A stretch of DNA of 64,000 nt from Podarcis melisellensis (Eukaryota). Location of the stretch: assembly GCA_964234715.1 (NCBI GenBank), contig OZ174280.1; one strand, written 5' to 3'. The translations under genes and the position numbers were made by a program. The notes below the pieces were generated by a model that had not been told where the DNA came from, did not search any database, and saw only the letters and a program-made list of their open reading frames with translations. Positions 39,413 through 51,393 of the stretch are shown piece after piece (position 1 is the first letter of the stretch; the number at the start of each line of letters is the position of its first letter).

Positions 39413-39469
39413 TAATAAGAGTAAGAACTCTTATACAGGTGGGACTTAGCTCAGGGTTAAAATACCAAA

Positions 39470-39812
39470 GGGACGCGGGTGGCACTGTGGGTTAAACCAC
39501 AGTGCCTAGGGCTTGCCAATCAGAAGGTCGGCAGATTGAATCCCTGTGACGGGGTGAGCTCCCGTTGCTCAGTCCCTGTTCCTGCCAACCTAGCAGTTTG
39601 AAAGCACGAAGTGCAAGTAGATAAATAGGTACCGCTCTGGTATGACGGCATTTCCGTGCACTGCTCTGGTTCGCCAGAAGCGGGTTAGTCATGCTGGTCA
39701 CATGACCCGGAAGCTGTACGCCGGCTCCCTCGGCCAATAAAGCGAGCTGAGTGCCGCAACCCCAGAGTCGTCCACGACTGGACCTAATGGTCAGGGGTCC
39801 CTTTACCTTTAC
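39470..39812 (+). mobile_element. Near full-length Sauria SINE
   Basis: gggacgcgggtggcactgtgggttaaacc...ggggtccctttacctttac. 13-bp TSD ttaaaata(c/t)aaa-type with one mismatch (39457-39469, 39813-39825). Confidence 0.95.
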
Positions 39813-42800
39813 TTAAAATACTAAAGTAGGGAAGGGAAGAAGATTGTCCCATTTCTGCCAAATCAAAAGGTTTTCCATATTCTTCAAAAGCACTAGGTTT
39901 TGATGATTTTTGGGCAGGAAGCATATTGTGCTAAATGGGGCATTGGCAAGCTAAATCCTATTCTCTTAAAAATGACAGAATTTGGCCTTAAGCAGGCAAG
40001 TCACCTTTAAACAGACAATTAGATTTTAAAACTCTTAGCAAAATAGAATGATCCAATTTGTTGTGGACCAGGCAGAGCAAAAATTAAATTAACACTGCAC
40101 ACCCTGAACTGTAGCAAAGGCATTTCTCAGTTGACAGCTTTCTGACAATAGAATTTTGTGCAGATCATACATTTTCCCTACTTTTAAGCTCTGAAGCAAC
40201 ATGAAATACTTATCACAGATTCTCACACCTTGCAAATTTCAAATTATTTATTTTAGATGAGGTTGGACTTCAAATTGAAGCCCATTCCCACACTCCAATC
40301 CCCATATTGTGTTAGTTAAAAAACCCAACAACCCTAGTTTTTGTAGAATCACACACACATGCTGTAATATATATATACCATAATTGTAATGTTAGTCTGT
40401 AGATAAGGAACAGTTTTAAGCTGATCTGCTTACTACAGCATCAGTGCTGTATACTTGCTCTGTCTGTTTAAGATTTTTGGCAGAGCAAGCTGAAAATGGA
40501 ATTTAAGGCATTTTTAGTCTTCCCTGAATTCTCCCGTGGGGTCAGGACCTGAATCCCAAAAAGGATATGAATAGGAAGAGAAATAGTGCTTTTGGTTAAT
40601 AACATTGTAAATGGACTCTTTGTTAGTGAATTCTAGATGAAATAAGATGGTCTGGGTTAAGACCAGAGGTCAGGCTACATTATGAAAATGGACCTTCCTA
40701 ACTGCAGAAAGTCTTACTAGCCATTTTGGCTTTGTTATATTGCTCTCTCTGCAAAATGTCTCTGAAAACTCTTGGCTGGTTTGCTGTAATACAGATTGCT
40801 TCTGAAATTTAAACACATGGTAGAAAGTAGCTCAGCTACTGGGTACTGCTCTACCTATAAAACCTGCTGCACAGTTTGATGGCTTTTGTTTGTCTGTTTT
40901 TGTAAAAATTAATATCAGAATATTTAACGCTGGAACTTTAAATATGGCCCACTTAGTGATCTAATCCTACAGAATACTAGGTTTTGTCACTCTCAAAATG
41001 TGGAAAGATTACAGCTGCAAGCTTCAATCAACTAACCCAGGGATGTGAAATCAGCTAAAGCTTTAATGACAAACTAAAAATCTGCACAATTAATCAGCTG
41101 GGCCAACAAGAAACAGACATCTCACATGGGAAGTCGTGAATGCTTCAATAATGTGTAACATACCAGTTCTCTCCTCCCTTCACTAATTTGGACTAAACAG
41201 AATTTGTCCCCCCCACATCCTCATTCCAGTTTGTATCTGGGAGGCAAACTATAGCTTCCAAGGAACAAACCGCTAACAGTGCATAATTGAAATCAGCGGG
41301 CAGGATTCACCTAACCAACCCCATCAGCAGAAGCCCTGTGTAAGGACTTGCACAATGGGGCTTCCTTCCCCCTTCCAAGGTCCCCCCAAAAAAAATATTG
41401 GTTGGGGTTTTTACCTCAGAAGAAGCCCCAGAATAGTGCCTCGGGGGAGAAGACCAGGCAGGGGGAAGAGGGAGCCCGACTGCACATCGAATTCCACTCA
41501 GTACATCTTTTAAACCTAGATCTTGCATAAAACTGATAGGCCGTGAACTTATGGTTTTCCCCTAAGCCGTTTTGTTGCTGCAATTGGGAAAATTCCATAT
41601 TCTCAATTTCCTGTTTTTAAAAAATGAATGCCAAACTGGTGGGCTTTTAATTCTAAACGATGTAATGTAGCTTTCATTTGTTACACTTCCAAACTCTCCA
41701 CACATGACTGAAAGTGTCCTTTTCCTTCACCCCAAGTCTGACTTCCCAGTCACAAGAAGCCAAGGAAGGCTTTAAATCTTGAGGATTTCATTGTTGTTAA
41801 CAGTCTTGCCATCCCTCAAAGTTCACTATATATAATGAGTTGGCTTAAGTGCCCCTTTTATCATCTAGCTTTCGACCTCCTCTGGGTCCATGAGGGTCAG
41901 ACGCTTGATATTCTCCAACAGAGCGAGGGTTGGAGAATTACTCCAGCATTAAAACGAAAACACACGTTCTCATGAATTTCTATAACAAATGAGGTTTGGA
42001 GTGAAAGATTAATTAAATACACTTGAGATAATCACAAAAGCTGTCTGGACTACAAATGGCTCCCCTGCTGCAGAAGAACCAAGATATGCCCCCCCCCCAA
42101 GCGCTTGCAGGTTCACTGAGGTGGACACACATATGGTTTTTTGTCTTTGAAGGAGCTTGAACAAAAGATGCATGACACCAAAAGAGAACCAGTACATAAA
42201 ATCAGAGACCAATGAAAATCATCACACTATACAGGTAATCTTCCTGCTGCTTTTGTCCAACAACATAATAGGTGTAAAAGAAATGAAGACACCAAGCAGC
42301 CAACAATACTATCTATATTGCAGGATCTTCATGATAAACTAAGTGTTCAATTCAACATCACAGCAGATGCCACAGCGATAGCATTTCATACCTTCATGCA
42401 AAAGCACAGCAAATGAAATAAAGTCACTTTAAAGTGTGTAAGATTTGTCAAACAACACTGAAGAAAAACCCAGAGAAAGTGCATTATATAACCAAGGAAC
42501 TCAAGCTTAGGAAAACTAGCATGTATACTTTATAGAATATGACAGAGGGAAAGTGGAAGAGTCTGAGTTCTCTTAGGGCCTTTCTGCACTTACCATTATA
42601 GTGGTAGAGTTGTTAGGTTTGGGGCACTTTTTGGCTACACAACATTGACATTATTCAGCTAGTATTCTGGAATAATGTACTAAAGAAGCTGCCTTTTCTT
42701 GTGCTGCCAAATAAATAAATATTCTGACTCGGGAAAGATCCAAAATGGATCTTTGTGTGACATGTGAACAAGCATTGTCCTATTTTCTGTGTGGAGGGTT

Positions 42801-45800
42801 GGTGGGTGTTGTTTGGGAGGAATCTGTTTCCCAACACTTCCATCTGATGGGTGCAAGCAGTTCAGAGGAGAGCTTTGGCCAATGCAGAGTCCAAGTCCAA
42901 GTACTGTCCTGACAGCAATCATAGGCTGCATGCAAAATTTCATTGCAGCAACTAGGTTTGCAGTAGCTCAGGCAGACACGTAATTCCTCTTCTAGTCTCC
43001 TAGACAACCACAAAATTACAATTCTGGAATACTAGGCATTAAATACCCTGGCCCTGAAAAAAGATATCCAGGAAAGGGCTACCCATGCGCAGAATGCCAA
43101 CATTTTCTGGCTGAAGGAACACGAGGGTCTGACTACAGCCATAGCACAATTCTCACTTCGGTACAACTTTTACTTTTTTGTGGAGAAAAGAGGCAGCCCT
43201 TAATCTTTATTAGGAATCAATTTGTTACTGAACTCCCTTCCTGAAGCTTCTGATTTCACTCACCATTTAAAACTGCATCCAGCTTTTCACCTGGCATGTT
43301 TCCTTAGATGCAAAAAAGTTATTTCCTGCAATTCCTAGAACTTTCCGTGACCTAAGGTTCCATTATGGAGCTGGTATTCACCGGAGCTACTCTTCTTTAA
43401 CTGGGTCCAACAGCAGCCACACAAAGTACTTAGTACAAAAAGCAGGTCCACCCAAATGATTATCTTGGGGCAGCACAACTGCATTGTATAGCATAACTAC
43501 GGCAACCATTGCTGAATGTTTACTTTCAAAGAGGGTGGGGAATCAAGCCCTGCTCTCATAAAGATAAAGCTGCAGAAAAATGTCCAATCTTTGGGCTTCA
43601 TGTTTGGATGGATATGAAGTTAGATTAACAGATGCGGGCAGGTTTCCTGCTGTGGCAATAGGAAGAGAAAGAACTAAACTGGCCAGATGGAGGAAGATGG
43701 AAGCAAAGTGTAGCACTGGAGAGTGGTTGTGTGGGTTTAGTCCTAATCCTAATAAAGGTATTCCTTCATTTGCTTCTGAATATTAAACACATGACAGAAA
43801 GAAGCTCAGCTGCTGGGTACTGAAGGGCGAAGGAGGGGACTGTCTTCTCATTTGAAATCCAACCCTTTAATGAGAGTGCACTGCGGGCTTAAAGATAAAG
43901 GGAGCCTTTGATCAGAAGCAGAGCCTTGCTGCATATGAGGAGTGACAAAGACATACTGTGAAGGGCAATGGACACTTGGGCAGCCATCTAAGGGAGTTGT
44001 GCAACCACACAGTGTGTGGTACTGGAAGCAGCATCTGAGCCATAACCCTCCTTGTGTCACAATGAGGACTTCAGGACTTTGAAGCCCTGTCCCTCTTCTA
44101 ACGCACTTGGGTAACGTTACCGTTATCAACGCACAGGGGAGATGGGAACTTTGAAAACATACTAAAAGGAAAAATCTGATTTTAAGACAGATCCCACTAA
44201 GGTCACTATTTTGGCAGCAGAACGCTGCATAAAAGACAATGGCCATTCAGCCACGTTAAGGTCCCAACAGATAGTCATGGCCGGGTATTTCAGCTGTTTT
44301 TTAAGGACATCAAATGTGGGTTTGGTTTTGAAGGTGCTGTCAGCTGAAACCGCTGGCTTGCTTGCCTTTGACTATCAAAACCTGACGTTTAATACATCCA
44401 TCTGTCATTTGCTTAAACCTGCATTTTTAGCTGTATGATAAAACTGTGTCCCTGGAATGCTGGAATAACATTGAATTTCTGTCCATCTATCCTATTAAGG
44501 GTCCATAAATTAGCCTTGCTGAACCTGGTGGCCGTCAGATTTATATATATGTTTACTACAATTCCCATCAGGTCCTGTCAGTACAGCATCAGGTTTAGGA
44601 AGGGTGTCATGGAGCAAGTTTGCTCTAACCACTATTGGGCACAATTTACCCTTCAGCAAGGATTAACTTTGGCAAGGAGTGACAATCATTTGCTGGAACC
44701 GTGCACTTCCCTTGATGTCAGTGATGCAGATAAACAAAGTGCACTAGAGGCAGGCTTTTCTTACACAATTTATAGAACAGCATGTCTGGGTTTATTACCT
44801 TGGTATGTTCCATGAGACTGTGTTTAATTGCTATGGTGTAAGAGTCAGTGAAAGCAGGCTGAAACACACAGATGTGCAGCTTTCTAGCTGATTAGCTAAA
44901 AGTAAATGAAACCAAGAGACCCTCACTAAGTAATGATTTTCCCCAGAGTAAAGGGCTCCACTTATGTTCATAGTCTCAACCTCTATACCCAGATACAAAT
45001 GCTGCCTGCTTTCATTAGCAGAGACGAGAACGCAGAATTTGAGGCTCTGCCTAATTAAATTGAGTGTATTATTACTGAGCCTGCTTCGACAAATATGCAG
45101 GCTGAATGGGGAAGGTGGGGAATCTGTATGCAGAAAGAGATACATATCTATATTTCACAGAGATATATTTGCATTCATACTGATTATCCAAACTTCAATT
45201 TGATGCAAAGGAGGACAATGCTCATGTACCTAGAATAGCTGGACTGAAGGAATTTTAACAGGTACAGGTCGTTAGGAAGGGGTAAGAAAAGCTTTACTTG
45301 ATGGGCCTCTTCAATAGAAGTTATTTCACACAGGAGTCCTGACCTTTATATATAGTCATTCTATCTGTGATGGATAAGAGGAAGGGAAAATCAAGACAAC
45401 ACGCTGAGGCTTAAAAGCTGCAGAAATGCAAGGAGCAAAGTCTGAGAGCAAGGTTGTTCTAGATAATTGGAGGATGACCTCTATTTGCCAGAACGGCAAG
45501 CAATAGATACACAGAGCACAATTTACACAGAGCACAATTTCCTTTGGTAGTGAGATAACCACATATATTCCTTATTTAAACCAATACACATAGTAATCAA
45601 TGTGTTAATAATTTCTAATTCAGCAGGTTTTGTTTTGGTTTTTTCTCCAGTCCCCTTAACGTTTTTTCTAAAATTAAATGTAGCACCTTAAAGGCTCAAG
45701 GTAGAAATGTTTCCCTACTAACTGCTGAACATTTACAGTTTTCAATGTTGAACAGGCATCCATTCATTTACTTTTAACCTACTAAACTGAAATAACTGCT

Positions 45801-47929
45801 AGAAAGGCATGGAACTCAGCTGAAATTCCCCCATCACTAATAGTGTAATCTCTATGTAAGTCTACTCAGAAGGGAGTTCAATGACACATCCTCCTTGGCA
45901 AATGTGTATAGTGCTGCATCTTTAAAAGTACACTTCTAGAGCCCTGGTACTGCCATGCACAAAGGAAACAACTAGACACACACGTACTATTATTTAATTA
46001 TTCAAAGAAGATTCTAATGGGCTGTTAACAAGAACTGCCTTCCCAGAGTGTGTGTACAGCACTTGTAGGCTTGGGAAGGCTGGATGAATATTTTATAAAC
46101 ACTGATGGGGAGCCAAACCTATTTCCAGGAGAGTTTTCCCTTGCTTTGGCAATGTGAGGAAATTGAAAGAGAAATAACCCATTAATTTGCTCCAAATCTA
46201 ACGACTGCAAAACAAACAAACAAATAAATATATAAATATGCAGACATGTAGTCATTCAGTAAGTGATATAAGTGCCAAATTGAATGAACCACAAATGTGA
46301 GGACTGAAATATGGTTCTGCTGAAACGCTAATCATTTTAGGCTTGTATCAATATAGCACTAAGTAATCATCCCTCTGGCGTAAGGATTTATGCTGGCGCA
46401 ACAGGACTTTCTGCCCCTCTGTACCCTCTCCAAATATGCTCCAGAGAGTGGGCGAACCAGTAGGAAAGATTTAGGGGCCATGCATGGAGAGGTGAGAGAA
46501 AGTCCTGTTGTCCGTGTAAATCCTTGTGCTGGCTGGATGGTTACTTAGCACGGCATTGCATACAAGCCATTATTCTCATGTCAATCTCTACCCTTGATTT
46601 TGAAGCATTTATCTCCCATTTCTGCATATGGGGAAAGACTAGCAAATTCTTTATTTTCTACCACTTGACATCCAGTCTTTTTCTTCTTGACGAAGAAATT
46701 TGTCAAGAGCTTGCTTTATAAACTTGGTGGAGTTTATAAAGCAACAGCCCAAATAACGTGCTACCCAGTCCTATTCCACAGAAACCAGTGGCTGATGCTT
46801 CTTAGGCACAGAACCAAAAATTCTAAAACTTATTCTTTCAAGAGTCAGATCTTTCTGAGATTTTAGTTGTAACTTCTTACATATTAGCAAAACTGCCTCT
46901 CTCTAGCAGAAGAGCCAGAATCAATCACTTAGGGACTAGTTGTACCGCATAACAAAAAACAAATTGATCCAGATTTATCCTTAGCAAATGAAACTACAAT
47001 CCTTTAAATCAGGGTTGCAGGAGAGCAAGGCAGACAACTCTAATAAGCCACTTTCTTTCATCAGAGCACACTGCTGGATTCCTAAGTGTACGTGAGGAAT
47101 GTCAAATCCTTCCCTGTCCCTAATGTAAACCTTAGGTCTAGCTTATACAGTGGATAATATCACATCATAAAGAAAACATGGAACTAAGAGCCTTTTGCTC
47201 ATAGTGCACATGTCAACATTCATAGGATCTTGGCAACCACACATGCATTTACTCTGTAGGAGCTGCAAAACACCACTCATAAGAGCTAATAATTTTAATG
47301 TATGCCGTGCTAGACTGGCATCCTTTTAAACCAAATTGGACAGGCCCTTTTTATGTAGGCCATGCGACTGTTTTCACACTGTGGTCCAGCAACCCCTGAA
47401 GTTTCAGTTCATCTAAATGTACAGCTTTGTTCTATTCAGTTTGTACATCAGTTCAAAATATGCTAGACTAAAGGGCAACTGTCAGCTTTAGAGTCTGAGT
47501 AAAAGGCTTTTTTTGTTTTGACATTGCACAGAATATTGCTCTGGTTCTATCAATTTTATGTCTCCAAAATTGTCAGACTTGGGTTTCTTGACACTTTCCA
47601 GTTTTGACTGTTAATATTACTAGATCTTATGATTCTAGTCTGAATTCCGCTACACAGTAGTTCTTCTAGAAAGCATAACAAAAACCTTACACTTCCCTTT
47701 CCAAGGTGGGATGTATCTGACTTCAAGCAGTAAAAATCTGTCTGCTATTTGCACAAACAAAACATGGGTCAGGGTGAAGCCAAAGCTGGCCTATATAATG
47801 CTACATTCATACATGCTCAAATAGAGCCTAGATTAGATTCAGGTATTATTGGTGCTGTTCAGCAATGAGTTTGGTTAACATCAGAGGTCCACAAATACAG
47901 TAATCACAGTTTACTAGCGGCAAATTTGA

Positions 47930-48120
47930 GGAGGGTTGTAGCTCAATTATTGAACATCTACCTTGCATTCAGAAGGTCCCTGGTTCAATACAAGATCTTT
48001 CCAGGTGGGGCTTTGGAAAGTCCTTGCCTCAAACCCTGGAGAGCCATTGCCAATCAGTGCAGGCAGTACTGAGCTAGATGGACCAATGGTCTGACTCAGT
48101 ATAAGGCAACTTCCTATGTT
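47930..48120 (+). mobile_element. tRNA-headed SINE with a CR1-type 3' tail
   Basis: gtagctcaa...aaggtccctggttcaat head. Tail ctgagctagatggaccaatggtctgactcagtataaggcaacttcctatgtt. Related tails occur near 3700-3765 and 49560-49630. Confidence 0.7.
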
Positions 48121-49837
48121 ATCATTGGTTGCCAAGCTACAGGACCAACTCAGCAATAGAGGCAAATGAGTCAACTCCATGGAGTTCAAGATCTCAAGAG
48201 TGCCAGCCTCAGCCATGTCTGAGAGAGAGACAGAGAGAAAGAGACAGACAGAGAGAGGTGCTGCCCATGTTTTAAAATGAGGTTCACAGTTGCAGCTTGC
48301 AGCTGGATTACATCCCCTGTATTTCCAGGTTCTTCTGAGCTCTATCAACTTTACAGGGCTTGATTATAATTATAACAGGGAGGAGTAATGAATGCAAAAA
48401 ATGTATTCTGATCCAAAAATGTATATTGATCCAATTTAAAAGCATGATCTGATACACATTTACTCACAAGGAAGCCCTGCCAAGCCCAAACCAAAATGTG
48501 TGGGCACTTGGTTATCCTAGAGCAGAAATATAATTTTGGTTCTTTAATGATCAAAAGTAGATCAATCTGCTACCCTTTGTATTGCTGGGAATAAAAATAC
48601 AGTTAAAAAGGTAGGAGGGAGGATCTATACATAAGGAAAGTAAGTTTGCAAAGTAATATCAATTAAATAGTTACAACAAAATATGGCAGGGGAAAGTATC
48701 AGCAGGAAATACAGCCCAAACCCTACTAAAATATTCAAGTCCAATGCAAACAAAGACTTTAGATGGGGCAAGAAGGCTAGAGAGTGAATTATTTCTCTCT
48801 CATCCTGTGAATGTAGCAGCTTCTGTAAGCTCAACGGGAGGGTGAAGCCTTTTCTTGCCCAGGATTCAACTAATCCCAGAATACCAAGGGCACCAAAATG
48901 CATTCTCATTTCCCAGAGTTCTGTATTTGTGACTCCTGCCAACTGAGATTTCCCAAGCCAAAAGGGGACTGTTTTTATTATTGCGGTGAACAAACTTTGA
49001 GTGGTGGGGACACAAGGGTTCAGGGACACTCTTTGGTTCTCCACAAGCTGGGCTACAGAAAGCTCCTGGCACCTGCAATCTGGCATCTGCTGTCAAAAGA
49101 AATTTGGTGCTGCCCTTCTGCCTGCCAGCTAGACAACCCCTGGAAAAAAATGGGGGGCATTGCTTTGTGTCTGACTAACATTCTCAGGAGAACAAAACAA
49201 CTCCCACCTCCAGTTGTGACCTAAGGCAAATGTGGACCTTTCTATGATGCAACTGAAAAATAGATGCTGTTCCAGAGAGACACATTTCCAAAACTAGGGC
49301 ACTTTTAGACAAATTTTTATAGTGGAAAACAATAGCTGCTCTCAGGTTACATGTTCGGGTGCTATGATGAACACAACTTTGAAATGCAACCTGGTGAGGA
49401 TCTTTTCTTCTTTTTAAAAACGCCTCTTCCCCATTATAGACTGTTGTTAACACTAGGATCTAGAGTAGGGAGAGGCAACCTGATGTCTTTTTTCCCTGGA
49501 AAAGCACCCTGGTCCACTCATGGAGCAACTCTCCTACGGATGGTTCACCTTCTGGTTGGTCACTGTAAGAACAGGATGCTGGACTAGATGGGTCCTTGGC
49601 CTGATCCAGCAAGCTTTTCTTATGCTCTTAACACATGTAGCTTGAGGGAATGGGGCAAGCAGAGGATGGGGTCTCTGGCCTGCACGTATGCAGAAGATTG
49701 AGCCTTTCATTCACCAGACAGCCTTCGGTTCTCCCACGTGTGCATAAACACATGCAACTTCTCTGTATCTCAGTGTTGTTAAGTGGTAGCAACAGCAAAA
49801 AATAAATAAATGCAGAAGCCTATCATGCATACATGCG

Positions 49838-49861
49838 CAGCAGCAGCAGCAGCAGCAGCAG
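49838..49861. repeat. (CAG)8 repeat, read as (CUG)8 in the NFASC pre-mRNA
   Basis: Read directly from the sequence. Confidence 0.95.
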
Positions 49862-50079
49862 CAATAGCAGCTCAAACATTATGGTCAACCCTTTCAATGG
49901 ACCCATTCCCTACATCAGAAAGAGGAGGCTATCTGCCAATGCATCTGTCTATACATTTTCTCCCCCACTGAAAGGGTTAACTTGGTGCATGCTTAAATAA
50001 TGCCAGCACTCCCAAGAGACAAGCCTTCAGCTCACACTGCCCCATCATGCCTGTGTAGTCTGCCAGCTTGGTACAGTAC

Positions 50080-50094
50080 CTGAGGTTGGAAGAA
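50080..50094 (-). CDS. NFASC: Neurofascin 15-nt microexon (VLPTS; positional equivalent of mammalian ATPTA)
   Basis: Long pyrimidine tract, then ctgcacactctgaag|TTCTTCCAACCTCAG|gtactg. Phase 1->1, located between the FNIII-4 and PAT exons. Confidence 0.85.
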
Positions 50095-51368
50095 CTTCAG
50101 AGTGTGCAGCGCCAAACATAGGGAAGGGGAACATGAGGAAAGAAGGGAGAGAGAACACAGGAATATATAAAACCACAGCACAAACATGGTACATAAACAT
50201 GGCAGGCTGAGGCTGTAATAAAGAGAAGGTGTGTTAGTCCTCCATATTCCACGGCTACCCCCAGCCAATCTTTACCATAAATGAACATCCAAACCAACAC
50301 AGGGAGACACAGCTGATTTGGTTTCCTTCACTGTATCTTCATTTCTTGGGGCAAAAGTTCCGCAGTTTGTGGTTTTAAATTCAACCAAATGGGTCTTTCG
50401 CATCCTGTCAGCTTCCATTTGAGTCCCCTAAATGTCAGGACAAATTCTATTCTACTGCAACTTGGCTGCAAGCTCATTATCGATTCTTAGACACTTATGA
50501 TGGATGAGACAATAGGCAATGCAAATAACCACAGGAATACTGTATTTCATTCGCATCCCCTGGCTCAAATAACGTCTGCGAGAAATGGAAGCTGTGGCTT
50601 GGATCTTTATTTCCATTTATAAATGCCTCCCCTGCATCAGTAGGAGAAAAGAAAATTGGCAAGGCTCCCTCTAGGCAACATGCTTTTGTGCAATTCCAAA
50701 TGCTTAGCTGTGTATTGCGGAGTGTCTGATGGGCTTAAACGTTCTGCCTACGGAGACTGCTCAACATTCATTAATAATCTGAGTGGTACACATCTCCGCT
50801 TTTATTTGAAGATCCTGCAAAACCTCACTCATGAGATTCCACTGAGGGACAATTCCCTTGACCCACAAGATCACTACAGTATTTATGAAATCTTTGCTGA
50901 ATTCCAGTGGTGTTGCCACATACACTGAGGCAGTCTTGCATTACCGACACCACATGCAGAAGTCAATGTAGTTTGGGGTTTCGCACACTGCTTTGAACAC
51001 TCACAAAGCAACAATATTCACAGTATGAAGAATCTTCTGCATCTGGTGGCAGTCTGCACACTGTCACTTTAACACATGACAGCTATGGGTAGAATTCAGC
51101 ATGAAAATGAAAGAGGACCTTGGCTACTAGAATGCTACCAGGAGGGTGTTTTTCTTTTTCTTTTTTAAGCATAAGGCCACAGTTCACCACCTTTGTTGTT
51201 CAAACTGTTCAGTAAGTTCCACTAAATGTTGCAGGGCCTACAGAGCTCTGGCTCTCTGTGGCAAAGCAACTATTCTTGGGTATCTTGGAAAGATAAGCAA
51301 AGGTTTGGGAGAAAGAAAGAGTAGTTTTGAGTATATCAGACCTTTTCAGAATATCTTTATTTTATATG

Positions 51369-51393
51369 AGTGTGTGTGTGTGTGTGTGTGTGT
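51369..51393. repeat. (TG)n microsatellite
   Basis: Read directly from the sequence. Confidence 0.95.

Noticed and set aside
43944-43960. ACAAAG-n5-CTGTG resembling a SOX10 dimer site
   Set aside because: A short degenerate motif expected by chance in 64 kb; unsupported without conservation data.
47947-49086. Longest ORFs (133 aa and 153 aa)
   Set aside because: Intronic, non-ATG starts, partly SINE-derived, no recognisable domain.
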